Notes: a model not told the origin generated them from the letters alone. Positions 33,788-47,000 are shown, counted from the stretch's first letter. The stretch is 64,000 nucleotides of DNA from Hormiphora californensis (GCA_020137815.1 CM035353.1:6014001-6078000), one strand, 5' to 3'. Made by a program: numbers and translations.

Positions 33788-36700
33788 AGGAGAGAGAGAG
33801 GGATAGAACGAATAGGAATAAGTTACCCTTGAAAAATAAGAGATTGAGATACCGAGGGAGAGAATGAGATTTCGTGGTGATACCCGGCAGAAGCAAAAGG
33901 TGTAAGTGGGCCACCTTTCCCGCCAACTAATTCAATTAGTTTTTGGCTTAATATCTGGTATAGTTCTTGTCAAGTAAGGTTTTGTCAGCATCACTTCGTA
34001 GACTTTTTGTTTTCGGTTTTCGGAGTTGAATCAGCTTTGAGAGGTAAGGTGGAGCTATACCATTTAGTGATTTGTATGTGAGTAGACACAGCTTGTATTG
34101 CACTCTTTCTCGAACTGGTAGGAAATGAAGCTGCTTGCGAAGGTTTGTGGTGCCTTGGTAGAAGCGTTGTCCAAAGACGAAGCGGGCCGCAGAGTTTTGA
34201 ATCTTCTGTAGACGATCTATGTCTTTAGCAGAAGAACCAGCAAGGAGGCTGTTACAGTAATCCAGTCTGCTGTGGATTAAACTGTTTACAAGTTTGATTT
34301 TCAGGTTTACTCCCAACATTCTGTGGATTTTCCAGAGATTCATAAGGGCGAGTTGGCATGTCCTTACCGTCCTGGATACGTGACCAGAGAGGGAGAGCTC
34401 TGAGTCCAAAAATACACCAAGGTTTCGTACAAGTGTGAGTGGCTTTGTGGGCTCCTGGTTGCTCATCGTTTGAAGAGTTGCAGGATTCGTTGTTTTATCA
34501 TGTTTGTTGTTTAACACGATGATTTCAGTTTTGCTGGGGTTGAGTCTTAGGAAGTTCTCGGACATCCATGCTTTGATGTGGGTCAAGCAACCCTGCAGTT
34601 TCGTCTCGAGGTCTAGGAGAGAATCATTGCTGAACGAAATATACAGTTGAGTATCATCGGCATATAGTTCGACCATTAGCCCATAGTGCCTTGCAATACT
34701 TTCTAACTCCTTTGTATACAAAATGAACAACAGTGGTCCAAGTATAGAGCCCTGTGGCACTCCGATGTTAATGGCCAAGGGCGAAGATGTGGATGTCTTA
34801 ATTTTCACAGAGGCTTTCCTATCTTTGAGGTAGGAGGCAAACCATTCAAGGGCAGTACCTTCAACGCCATAATTCCTCTTCAGTTTCCCGAGGAGTATTT
34901 CATGGTTGATGGTGTCGAAGGCAGCACTGAGGTCTAGCAATACAAGTACTGCCTTCGACTTGGTGTCTGTTATAAGGAGGAGATCATTAACCACTTTCAC
35001 AAGTGTTGTCTCCGTGCTGTGGTTTTTCCGGTAAGCAGATTGTACTCCAGGAAATAGCTCGTTTGTCTCGAGATGCTCGGTAAGCTGTAAAGAGGCACAT
35101 TTTTCAATGATTTTGGATATAAACGCCAAGTTGGACACCGGCCTGTAGTTGTTGAGTTCTTCAGGGCTTCCTTTTTTCTTGAACGAGGGCCTAATGAGTG
35201 ATTGCTTGAGCTGTTTAGGGACCAGACCTTCCTGTAAGCTTCTGTTTACAATATCAGAGATGAGAGGAAGTAGTTTTGGAAGAACAGTTACAAGTTTCCC
35301 GGTGGGGATTGGGTCGAGATCACAGTGCTTTCTCTCCATAGAAAGAATGATAGAACTGAGTTCCTCATCCGAGACTTTTCGAAAAGCTGAAAATGGGGTG
35401 CCAGTGAAGCCAGTTGTTTGTGGAAGTTCTGGTAGGGTTTCAGATTGGTCGTTTTCGACTTTGATTGCTTCGTAGATATCCTCAATTTTCGATTTGAAAA
35501 AGGACCCAAAGCTGTCTGCTGTTTCTCCACTCGGTAGCCCTAGTGGGATTTTATCTTTGCCCAGCAGCTTGTTTATCACTCCACTGACCACGGCTGGATC
35601 GTCTGCAACGGTTTCAAGCTTTCCACGATAGAAATTTACTCTGGTTTTCATTATGAATCGAGATGTTTCCTTCATAGATTTATTTAGAGCTGTTCTCGCT
35701 TGTTTGTGTTCTTCCTTTTTGGTGGAGTCTTTCAAGGTTGTTTTAAGAGCTCTTTCGAATGTCCTGCGGGAGGTTTTAGCATCCTGACACTCTTTGTCCA
35801 TCCATGGCGGGTCGTCTGTCTCTTTAACGATCTTTTCTTCAAGCGGAGCTATCTCATCACGTATGGCTCGGAGAGAATCGTTGTACAGGTTGACACATCC
35901 TTCTAGTGTAGAGGGACGTGGATATGACATCAGCGGTGACTCATCTATTTTCATAGAGAGGACCTCAACAGTGACCTTTTTCATGTTTCTGCACAGAACA
36001 GCTTTTCTTTCTCGCTGATTTGGTTTTCCGACGTGTAGGTAGAATGTAACAGCATAATGGTCGGAGACGGATGATTTTGCAACCTCGACTGCACTAATCC
36101 TAGGGGAAGCTTCATCATCTCTGCTTATTACCAAGTCCAATGTACCCCCATTTTCATGAGTTGGATCCTCGACATGCTGTGTCCATCTCTCATCTACAAG
36201 CAAATCACGGAAGGAGTTTGACGTATGATCATCGTCATCTTCCGTATGGATATTGAAATCGCCCAAGATTACAGGGTGTCCACTGAGGCCATTTAGCGAC
36301 GATATGTATTCTTCGAATTCTGCCAAGAACTCCTTTTTGGAAGAGGATGGAGGTCTGTATACCACTACCAATCTGGTTTTCTGAAGATGCCCGCCTTCAA
36401 TGGTAGCTTGAATACATTCAAAGGTTGTTGTTTTTTTCTTAGTTTTGATAGGTATTACACGTAGCGTTTTCCTCGCTAGGATAGCCACGCCGCCTCCTCT
36501 TGCCCCTCTTGCCGAACTATAGAGATTATATCCCAGTTCTTTCATCAGCGCAGGAGTGACTACGTCACCGTCTTCCAGCCAGGTTTCTGTCAAACCGAGT
36601 ACGTCAAGGTCAAGATCGCAGCACGCTCCGTAGATTTCGCCAAGTTTGTTGTTCATCGATCTACAATTTAGATTACCGTATTTGAGAGCAAGGTGCTGCG

Positions 36701-36860
36701 TTGTCGGTAGTTTTTTTGACATACGATCATAGTGCTCTTTGTACGCGGCCAACGCTGCAGTCCCATCTATAAGTGGCCGTTGAATATGCACCGTTGCGGG
36801 CCTGCTGGATACCAAAGGTCATCAAAACTTGGGCATGAACAGGGTATTGTGGTATAAGGG
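32200..36860 (-). mobile_element. LINE (L2/Crack/CR1 group): ORF2 APE endonuclease + RT 36815-33950, interrupted by an insertion, C-terminus resumes 32620-32479; A-rich tail ~32200-32300; no ORF1 seen
   Basis: APE motifs (GNLNCRS, LTETWL, YRPPS, ILGDFN, TLDLV, SDHY); RT motifs (LLDLSAAFDT, GVPQGSILGP, YADD); terminal AFSVAAPVIWNTLP..FKSNLKTHFF after the insertion. Confidence 0.93.
32621..33949 (-). mobile_element. Helentron/DINE-1-like non-autonomous element inserted at a TT site in LINE ORF2
   Basis: Removing it restores AGA TAT TGT TCG AGT (RYCSS). Subterminal IR AAAGGTGGCCC (32640-32650) / GGGCCACCTTT (33908-33918), terminal hairpin TGCGCT-n4-AGCGCA (32625-32640), internal (GA)n. Confidence 0.8.
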
Positions 36861-37080
36861 TACCGCGGTGTGGCCTGTGAGCGAAAACAAATCGTGCAAT
36901 TTGTGCGAAATTTCGCGAAATCTTAATTTTTTTAAAAGATTTTGTTTTTACAAAATATGCGCGCCATTCACATGCAGCGTTTGGAACAAAACATTTCGCT
37001 GCCTACGTTTTCAAATGCGGCGCGAGTTTTCTTCAGTTCGCATTTTCACTTTCCATTTCGCCTCCAGTTTCGCGGGGCGC

Positions 37081-37340
37081 GATTATAATCTGGGTGCCTT
37101 GCAGCCTGTTTACAGGTGCGCGCTACCAAAAGAGTATACTTAGACCGACTTTTTTCAAACGGCTATAGCCATGGAACCACATGGCCGATTTGAGTAAACT
37201 AAACGGTATCAGTTAGAGAATCGATAGCCCTAACCGATAACCCCAAACCAAACCCTAACCAGACCCTAACGGATAGCCCTAACCCGTCGCGCGCGCCAAA
37301 ATTACGAATTGTTAGCAATGAAAGGCACCCAGATTTTAAC
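37081..37340. mobile_element. Interspersed repeat with ATCTGGGTGCC...GGCACCCAGAT ends and AACCCT tract; same family at 63760-64000
   Basis: TAATCTGGGTGCC and TTGCAGCCTGTTTACAGGTGC.CGCTACCAA are shared with the end of the window. Confidence 0.7.
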
Positions 37341-37373
37341 GTTTTCCAGTTTCGCGTTTTGATTCCGCCGTTT

Positions 37374-37667
37374 AGGGATCCCTAAAAAAGTTCAGTATTT
37401 ACACAGAGTTTACACAGTCTTTACACAGTCATTACACCCAGAGCGCCCGCGCCGCTCTAGGTGTAAAGACTGCGTCTTTCGCACTCGATTTGCAGCGTTT
37501 TCGGAAACTTTTTTCGCCGCAGCGCTCAATTTACTCAATTGTGCAGCACACAATCCAATATTTTCTTAGAAAAAGCCGCAAAACGCAGCACGCGCCGCTC
37601 TGGGTGTAACGACTGTGTAAAGACTGTGTAAACTCTGTGTAAATACTGAACTTTTTTAGGGATCCCT
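37374..37667. mobile_element. MITE with ~75-bp TIRs (AGGGATCCCTAAAAAAGTTCAG...), TTT flanks (Harbinger-like?)
   Basis: Near-perfect inverted termini read directly. Confidence 0.85.
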
Positions 37668-38015
37668 TTTAGAAAACATAATTCGCTTTTTCTCGTTTTT
37701 AATCAGCGCCCCCTTGTACTCATCTGACCGCAAAATCCGCATAACACCAGAAAGCACAACATAATTTTTGGAGTACGTAAAATTTTCGTTTGTAGAATTT
37801 AGTTAAGAAACAAAGGAACGAGAGCCAAAACAAAGTTTCAACACGCAACTAATATTTCGTGAGCTACAAAGTTTACTCGTGAGCTACAGAGTTTATTGCA
37901 GACAGTTTCAAAATTCAAAAATTCGAATTTACACCCATTTTAAGCCTGCCACCAGCCTCGTCAGTCGCCTACGGCTAATCCCTAGCTGACTAAGCCCCTT
38001 CCCCTTTTAGTAACC

Positions 38016-41000
38016 ATGCTGGCAAGACGTGGAATAACGGTAAGTACCCGCATGAAGCTAGGCAAACGAAGCCTGCGAAGCGGGCTTAGTGTATAACATG
38101 GCATCACCAAAGTTCAATTAAAGATTTGTGTATACTATGTATTAAAATGTTAACTGATGATGTACAAAAATCTAATTTCTTCTACCGTTTATACTGCAGT
38201 GACCAAGACAAGTGACCCCCTTCATTACAGAGTTGTACCCGCCTGCTCAATGCCTCTAGAAGCCTGTCCACCTTTCAAAGCAAAGATGTTATTGTTACCA
38301 AAGCGGGACACCCCAAAATTAAACCCAAACTAGATGAACTCGTATTCGGTTAGTTGTGCAAATTGAAATCCCTTCTCATGAAGTCCAAACTACTGCTTGT
38401 GTAATGTGTGGCTCTCATCGCTCTGTGAGGGTTCGGTAGATCAACAAAATACTAGACAGCTATGACCAAAGTTTAGCCAATAATCCAATAATACGACACA
38501 ATTATAATAATTACATATTGTATTGTATACAAACTTATAATTATTTAATAATTATACTCCTCTTTACCAGGAAAGTATTTCTCTGATCACATGTTGGTAT
38601 GTGACTACAAAGATTCTGAATGGGACCACCCCCGTATCCTACCGTTTCAGGTTAATAAATTGTCTAACTAATATTTAATAAAATGCGATTATATGTTAGT
38701 AGTAAGAACCTTATTATCACTTTTTGACTTTGTAACATGTTGCAACTACAATTATTGCTAATATCACCCCCAGAACTTCTCCGTGTCCCCTGCGTGGACA
38801 TCACTACATTACGGGATTCAGTGTTTCGAAGGGATGAAGGCATACAAAACATCAGACGGAGATGTCCGACTCTTCCGACCCGATCTAAACATCCAACGGA
38901 TGCAGCGGACTGCAAACATGCTTACATTGCCGGTAAAGTGATGGGGTATCTAGGGGGAGGGGGTAATCGAGGGGGTTAGATTTAATATGAGTTGACGGTT
39001 GGAATGGTGTATTGTTTTGGGGAGGAGAATGTTGTAGCATTATATTGAGAGATGTATTCAACTGTTGTAGGAATTTGATGGGGATGAGTTCTTGGCTCTA
39101 CTGAAGAATTTGTTGAAGCTGGATGCGTCCTGGGTGCCTGATAGTAATGCTGCATCCCTTTACATTCGCCCAACCTATGTTAGCACGGACGTAAGTTGAT
39201 AAATTGTTAGCAAGGGAAAGTTGAAAGGAACAAGATAGATATTATCTTCTTGGCAATACATTTATCATATTTATTTTACTTCTTTTTTTGATATACCTAA
39301 CCACCTTTTTCAATATTACTAACCCCTACTACAGATACATAATTATTATTCCGGCGGTATGTTTAAAGTCTCTATGTCAAAACAACTATTACGACCAAGT
39401 CTATTTGTCTTTATGTCACAAAATTAATAACCTTGATATTATACAATATTATATGCGATCCTGTACAAATTATACGTGTAATCACCTAAAATCACCGAGT
39501 GTTCGTAAATGTTGTGCTTTCAATCAATTATTACCATGTGTTAGTTGATTCTATTTAATGTAACAATGCTATATGTACAATAACTCTCTGCCTCCTTATT
39601 ATCACACAGTCACAATTCCCCTTATTTCAGCCGATAATTGGTGTCCGACCTCCCAGTGAAGCAAGGCTATTTGTCATAACAGGACCTGTGGGACCTTACT
39701 ATGAGCAAAAAGGTTTGTTAAACTTTGTCAAGCGGTGGCAAAGTTCGCACCAATGTCAGGGCTATCCATCACACGTCACCCACATTGAATGTACTGGTTC
39801 ATTGATAGAACGAAAGGGTATCTTCAAAGTTATGACGTAATATCATACAGATACAGACCCCCGATGGCTCAAATAGACACCACACCACACACGAACAATT
39901 TGTAATGGTCTATAACATGTATTAGTCAGGGCATATGATGTCAATTTCATGGTGATTTTCGGCATAATTGTTATAAAGCTAGTTCCACTTCTAGGAGGTC
40001 CTATTGGGTCCCTAGAACCACCAAAAAAATGTTCGCGATTTGGTGGATGAAGAAGTTGGGTTTCCGGGCCACGCCCTTCTGCCTATGTTTTGAGCCTGAG
40101 GCAAAAAACGCCAAAACTGCGCTTAGGGGAGGAGTAGGGACAAAATCAAGGGCACTAGAGTGTTCAGCGTCCTCGCATTAGTGGGGGTAGGTGCTGGAAT
40201 TAAGTCTCTATCTTATCTGGTTAATTGGATAATTGGATAATTAGCTCTGCGCATAGCCGTTTTTGGCCATATGGCTATAGCCATGTTAGGAAAGGAGTAG
40301 AGACAAAACCGAGGGCACTAAAGTGTTCAGCGTCCTCGAATTAGTGGGGGTAGGTGCTGGAATTAAGTCTCTATCTCATCTGGTTAATTAGATAATTGGA
40401 TAATTAGGTCTGGGCATAGCCATTTTTGGCCATATGGCTATAGCCACTTAAGAATGGTTTATCGACTTTTCATTGGTGCCATTTTGTTCAGAAACAAATT
40501 TCAATCTAAGAGTTGTGGAAAAGTTTAGAGCCTATCTCTTACCGTTTTGGCGTTATTTGCGGTCAAAGTAGGCCAATTAACTAATTTTTTGGCATTTTCG
40601 GCTGATTTGGCATACTTTGACCGCAAATAACGCCAAAACTGTAAGAGATAGACTCTAAATTTTTCCACAACTCTTAGATTAAATTTTTTTTCTGAACAAA
40701 ATGGCACCAACGAAAAGTCGATAAACCATTCTTAAGTGGCTATAGCCATATGGCCAAAAATGGCTATGCCCAGACCTAATTATCCAATTATCTAATTAAC
40801 CAGATGAGATAGAGACTTAATTCCAGCACCTACCCCCACTAATTCGAGGACGCTGAACACTTTAGTGCCCTCGGTTTTGTCTCTACTCCTTTCCTAACAT
40901 GGCTATAGCCATATATGGCCAAAAACGGCTATGCGCAGAGCTAATTATCCAATTATCCAATTAACCAGATAAGATAGAGACTTAATTCCAGCACCTACCC

Positions 41001-44000
41001 CCACTAATGCGAGGACGCTGAACACTCTAGTGCCCTTGATTTTGTCCCTACTCCTCCCCTAAGCGCAGTTTTGGCGTTTTTTGCCTCAGGCTCAAAACAT
41101 AGGTAGAAGGGCGTGGCCCGGAAACCCAACTTCTTCATCCACCAAATCGCGAACATTTTTTTGGTGGTTCTAGGGACCCAATAGGACCTCCTAGAAGTGG
41201 AATTAGCTTTATAACAATTATGCCGAAAATCTAACATCATATGCCCTGACTATATAATTGGGCCGTGCAGCGCGTGTCTATTGGAAGAGATGTTTGATGT
41301 GGGATTTGTCTAGAAATTACATAGAGTCACTGGAGAGAGAGAGAGTCTCTACCTTGTCTGTAGCAATGGTCCTGATGGTACTTCCCGTTCATCCACTAAG
41401 TTTTGTGAGAAAACACGGCACGCCACTCTTACTTTAAACATATAACTGTGTTTCCGGTGGCCCTTTTTTGGGTCCTGGGGATGTTCTTATCCTAGATAAG
41501 GTGATGTGATCTGTTGACGGATGTTTTTGGCCTCGTTTTGCATTTATTTGTGAGATTTCGATAAATTGTGTAATTGACGCATCTTTAAAAGAAATAAGGT
41601 CCAATCGCTATTATATATAATATATCATACTCTGTTCTATGTTCAATGTCCAATGTTCATGTTCCGTTTATTTTTTCGTCAGGCCTCGGCTGGAGGTAAT
41701 AGAATGGACCACCTTTTAATCGAGTAACAGCCATTGCTTGATTTACAGCTGGTAGTGTACCAGTGGGTTGCGGGGTGAGGTCGAAATTCCTTGCCATCAT
41801 GGACAGCATCAGCTTCATGCTAATCATAGCCACGTGCCTTCCAAGGCAGGCCCGGGGTCCCGCCAAAAACGGGATGAATGTCATATCATCGACACCCGGA
41901 ACACCATTAGCAAACCTTTCCGGGTCAAACTCCCGGGGTTTCGGCCAGAATTTCTTGTTCCTGTGGAGGACATACTGACTGTACTGAAATTGGACATCAC
42001 CAGGGATATGATAACCGCCCACCGTAGCATCGTTCTTCATCCATCGGGTCCCTTTCAGCAGCACGGGGGTCATCCTAAGTGATTCCAGGATAACCATTTC
42101 TGTGTAGGTCAATTTGGAGAGGGACCGCTGACCTGTTATCGGTGTATCCCTCAGCTCTGTCTCCATCTTCTTGTAGATCTCCGGGTGGTTGACTAGGTAG
42201 ATAAAGAGAGATCCGATCTGTTTGGACATGTTGTCCATTACTAGGTAAACCGTCATGATGTCATCAACAACCTCCTCATCACTCAGACCTGCTGCATCAT
42301 TAGCCGTTATCAGCCACGCCAGGAGATCGTCACTTGGATTCTGACCATCCCATCCCTCCATCTCTTTTCTCTTTTCGTGGACCATTTTCCGGCCCATCAT
42401 TCGCATCTCAATCACCATCTGGATAGTATTCCTTTTCAGGTTCGATTCCCTCTCTCCGTAGGTCTTCAAGTTCTGTATATGGAAAAGTTGGGTTGGAATG
42501 ATGTCAAGGAGGATGTTCACCCGTTTCCCGATCTCTTCGGGCTCATCCACCCCCATCGGGCAATCCAACCCCACCACACCTGGCAAAGCGGAGAAAATAA
42601 TGGTAGACAACTCGTGGAGATCTACCACGTTTCCACCCTTCACCATCGGTTTCACCTTCGTCTCCAGTAACCGGTCCATGAGAGTTATGAAGTGGGGCGT
42701 CAGTGAGGACATGTTCTGCTTGTGGAAGAAGGTGGTCATAATCCGTCGTTTAATGGCCCACTCCTGGCCACCGCCAGTGAGGATGCTGTACAGTCCAGTG
42801 ATCCGCTGGCCGAACAGTGCTCTATTGGGAAGGTGGTCCACTTTGGCCCAGTTTTCAACGTTACTTAAGATCTGCTTGAGAGCATCTGGGTCCACCGTGA
42901 AGATTACGGGCCGAGTTTTGATGCAGAATTTAAAGGTCTCCCCATACTCTTCAACCCATGTTATAAACTGCTCGAGTAATGTGTTATCCTGCTTAGCTTT
43001 GAAAAGGATGGGTTCGTGTCCTTGGAGGAATGATACGGTAGGAGGACCAGGGATGTGCCTGAACTTCTGGGAGTACAACCACTTCTCGGTGTAGTCTATT
43101 ACGTGGTAGAATAGATTGATGACCACAAGCCCTACTAAGAGATACATCTTGAAATAGATCGAGAATGAGAGGGTTAGCACAATTTTACCAAAAGTATCTG
43201 CTGCTGCATCCCCCGCATGCCTGTATGCGTAGGATGCAGCATCTGCAAGTAAAGCAAGCGGAAGTCAACCATTCTCTCCCCTATATATTGAATTATATGC
43301 TTCTCTTCCCCAAATTCTTGTAAGCAAAGCAAACTAAGTATTAGGCAGCCGAACAAGCTTTGATCTACATGAACCGCACAATGTACATGCAGTCTACTGT
43401 TGTTTCCATGTCACAGTAGGTAAAATGCGTGGGATTCCCGATTCAGACTGCAGCTCTCTGAATCCCACGCATTTGAAAGTTAAGGCCAGAGGGGGGGTTC
43501 CCTTTGGCCTTAACAACTATTTAGATCTACTACACGAAAGAAAGAGACAAGTTTTTGTAAAAACAAGAATTATTGCATTATGTATTCATAATGCTGTGTT
43601 TCCCTGCCCTACCGTTTCACGTATCACTGCCAACAGGATCAATGCAAGGCTTGGTCGTAATGTAATGTGAGATGCATACGATCTAGCTGTCAGTATACTT
43701 CTCACATAGCTTAGCTAACTCACATGACACTTGCTAACTAGCTTTTGACAACTTAACTACTTATCTAAAGTCGGATTTTTTGAAGTTGTCACCCCCCTTT
43801 TCGTGCGCGGAATGTTTTTGCGCGTCACATCACATGTTAACGTGTCGTGTGCGCGTCAAAATTGATAAATTTCACATGCGCGGTCATTTTGGGGTGACAA
43901 CTTCAAAAAATCCGACTTTAACCTTTCACATTCGACTCGCAAGATGACCATGTGTATGTAACACACGAAACGCGCGGCAGCGCTATTTCATGTTTTGATG

Positions 44001-47000
44001 AGTGGCGCGCGCACACCACGTCCAAAGAATCGCGCCATTGGAATTTTTGATGAAGGAGCACCTTGTTGTTGTGCGCGCGGCTCTAGTTGCTACGCCGTTG
44101 CCCTCGCAACGAAAGTGTGACCAAAATGGTCCCTCTACCGATTAGTTAGTATACCAAAATGTCGTTTTCGAATTCTAACCCTGCTATGCCTTTTTACAAA
44201 GTAAAAAGGCATCCGGGTGAATGCCTTCGGCATTCACCCGGGCAGGGAAAAAATGAGACTTGAGACTCTCAAGTCTCATTTGCTTCTTTCTTTCGTAACA
44301 AGCTCTCCAATCGCTGTATTGTTTTGTTCATCCCCTTAATATTTTCTAAAGAAAGACAGTCTAGCCTGGTCTAGCTAGATCTAATACACAGAATGTTCAC
44401 TAATATCAGAAAAGTAAAAGTTAAAAGAAGAAAAAATTACCCATCAAAGTCATATATATCAAAAGGCAGCATTTTCAAAAGCTCAAGGTTTCCGAGAAAA
44501 TCGGCAGTTCACTGCTGCTTCTATGTTTCCAGGCCATGTAAATTGCGTGGGATTCAGACCAACCACGTATACCGAGTTTACATGTTTACCAACCTAAAAG
44601 GCAGCCGGTATTCACTCTTCTACATTTACTGATTCAGACTGCAGCTCTCTGAATCCCACGCATTTGAAATTTAACAACTAACGTGTTGGGTAAAAAATGT
44701 CCCCCCTAGACTATCATAGTTCCAGGTATCGTAGAGCTCTAAAATTTTACACAGCTGTTCTATCGGACAAATAAATAGGTTCCACAAAATTTCAGACTTT
44801 CAGCTCAAAGTTAGTCAGGTTATGTGATCCGCACCGAATCGTGTAAGTTATTCAAAATTGCTAATCAGGCTTAGTGGTGGAGAATCACGTATCACAACCG
44901 CTAATGAATAAAAGAATGAACTTTGAGCGAAAAGTCTGAAATTTTGTGTTACTAGAAAATAGTTTAAGCTTGGACGGTTATGGCCACCAATTTTCTCCGG
45001 GTGCAGACAAAGAAACGTAGTGCACAATTAGCATGATTAAACTCAAGACTCAATATTGCCCATGCGGTAATGTTAATATAGCAAAATCTAAGGCACAAAA
45101 CTGAGGCCACGCCACATACCTACATAGCTTGTGAAAGATTAAGACGGTTACACACATGATTATCTGCTATACTAACAGAGCGAACACACTAATTACGCTA
45201 CACAGCCACTGCTGTCCCAACCTTGAAGGGCTGGTGTCACCGTCCGCGGCATCATAGTGCTTGGAGTGAATGCCTGAACACACGCTAACACACGCGAGAC
45301 CAGTTCGGAGGTCTAACAGTGGCCCCCACTCCAAGCGCTACACAGCCACTCCTTCATATAACCATAATAAGCAAGAGCAAGACAGGGAGCAGTGAACAAT
45401 GTCGACAAGATGTGAGAGAGGCACATTTCGAATACCTCTACCATTCATCATCCCAACGCTATAAACTACCTGAACCACCGCCACTTCGTCCAACTTTGTT
45501 ATTCTATCACAAGTGCAGTAGTTGACAGTTGTGGTCATCTATATAATATCACCAACTCGTTACAGGTACGGATTTGTTCAAGGCTGTTAAACTTATGGCG
45601 GACCCAGCTTATGTGAGAGCTTGGGAGGGTGGAATAGGCGCATTCAAGGCTGGCGGGTAAGTCTCAAGACTCAAAACAAAAGGGTATGAACAAGGTCTAC
45701 AAGCAAGGGATATGGAGGCAGGAGAGATTGGATAAGGGAGGCATGCCACAGAGAGAGATGGGATAGGGGATAGGGGAGGTATGTCACAGAGACAGAGATG
45801 GGATAGGGGAGGTATGTCACAGAGAGAGAGAGAGATGGGATAGGGGAGGTATGTCACAGAGAAAGAGATGGGATAGGGGAGGTATGTCACAGAGAGAGAG
45901 AGAGATGGGATAGGGGAGGTATGTCACAGAGAGAGAGATGGGATAGGGGAGGTATGTCACAGAGAGAGAGATGGGATAGGGGAGGCATGTCACATAGAGA
46001 GAGATGGGATAGGGGAGGTATGTCACAGAGAAAGAGATGGGATAGGGGAGGCATGTCACATAGAGAGAGATGGGATAGGGGAGGCATGTGACATAGAGAG
46101 AGATGGGATAGGGGAGGTATGTCACATAGAGAGAGATGGGATAGGGGAGGCATGTGTGACAGGCCAAAATGTTGAGTGTGTAGCGGCAGTATTTCCTAGT
46201 TGAATGTATCCCTCAGATACCCAGTATTTACCTTGCAAACACGTTCAAAAACATGCATGCTCACTTCCCCCTCTAAACTGTTATCACCAGCCCTACAATG
46301 TTGCTGTACATAGTCGAAATATTAATATAGTACTGACTACTGCTATAAACAACAGCTGGTGATGTGTATGTGTGTGTGTTTGTTTGTTTCTGCAAATATA
46401 TATGATATGTTTGTTTCTGCAAATATATATATGATATAATCCCCTTCCTTTGATTGCCTTGTTTCCCCCAGGAACTACTGCACCAACACTCAAAGTACAG
46501 CAGATAGCTGCGTCCAGGGGGTGTCAACAGGTGCTATGGTTGTACGGCGACGATCTACAGATGACTGAGGCTGGTACCATGAATTTCTTTGTGTACTGGA
46601 CCAACGAACAGGGAGGTGAGATATTACTATGAACTAGTAAAACTGGGGGAAGAAAATAGAAAATGAGAGAGATGCAATTTGTGTTTGTTTGTTTGTGATT
46701 GCTGTGTCTGGAGGTGAGATAGATACAAACCATTCCTATTTGACACTCCCCTACCCCCTACCCCCCCCCCCCCATTCCTGACCGCCCCTGGCCCCGGATA
46801 CTCAGAGTTATGCGACTGAATATCCCGATATTCGGTGTATGTCTGTAGGATATCATGGATATGCCCCGTTTTATAACTTGACGCCCTCTTTCATGAAATA
46901 TGCATACGAATTATTTCAATTATTGATTAATGATTATCCCGCGCCATTCCACCCGCAATGGTGTAGGGCGCGGGTTCCCCCGAATAGAGGTCTGAGCGCG

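Noticed and set aside
37240-37285. CCCTAA telomere-like motifs (also ~19420-19465, 63840-63900)
   Set aside because: Short, degenerate and internal to interspersed repeats.
41657-43147. Horizontal (bacterial) origin of the intronless P450
   Set aside because: N-terminal membrane anchor, proline hinge and CYP46-like motifs indicate a eukaryotic microsomal P450; PFDN5 here is also intronless.
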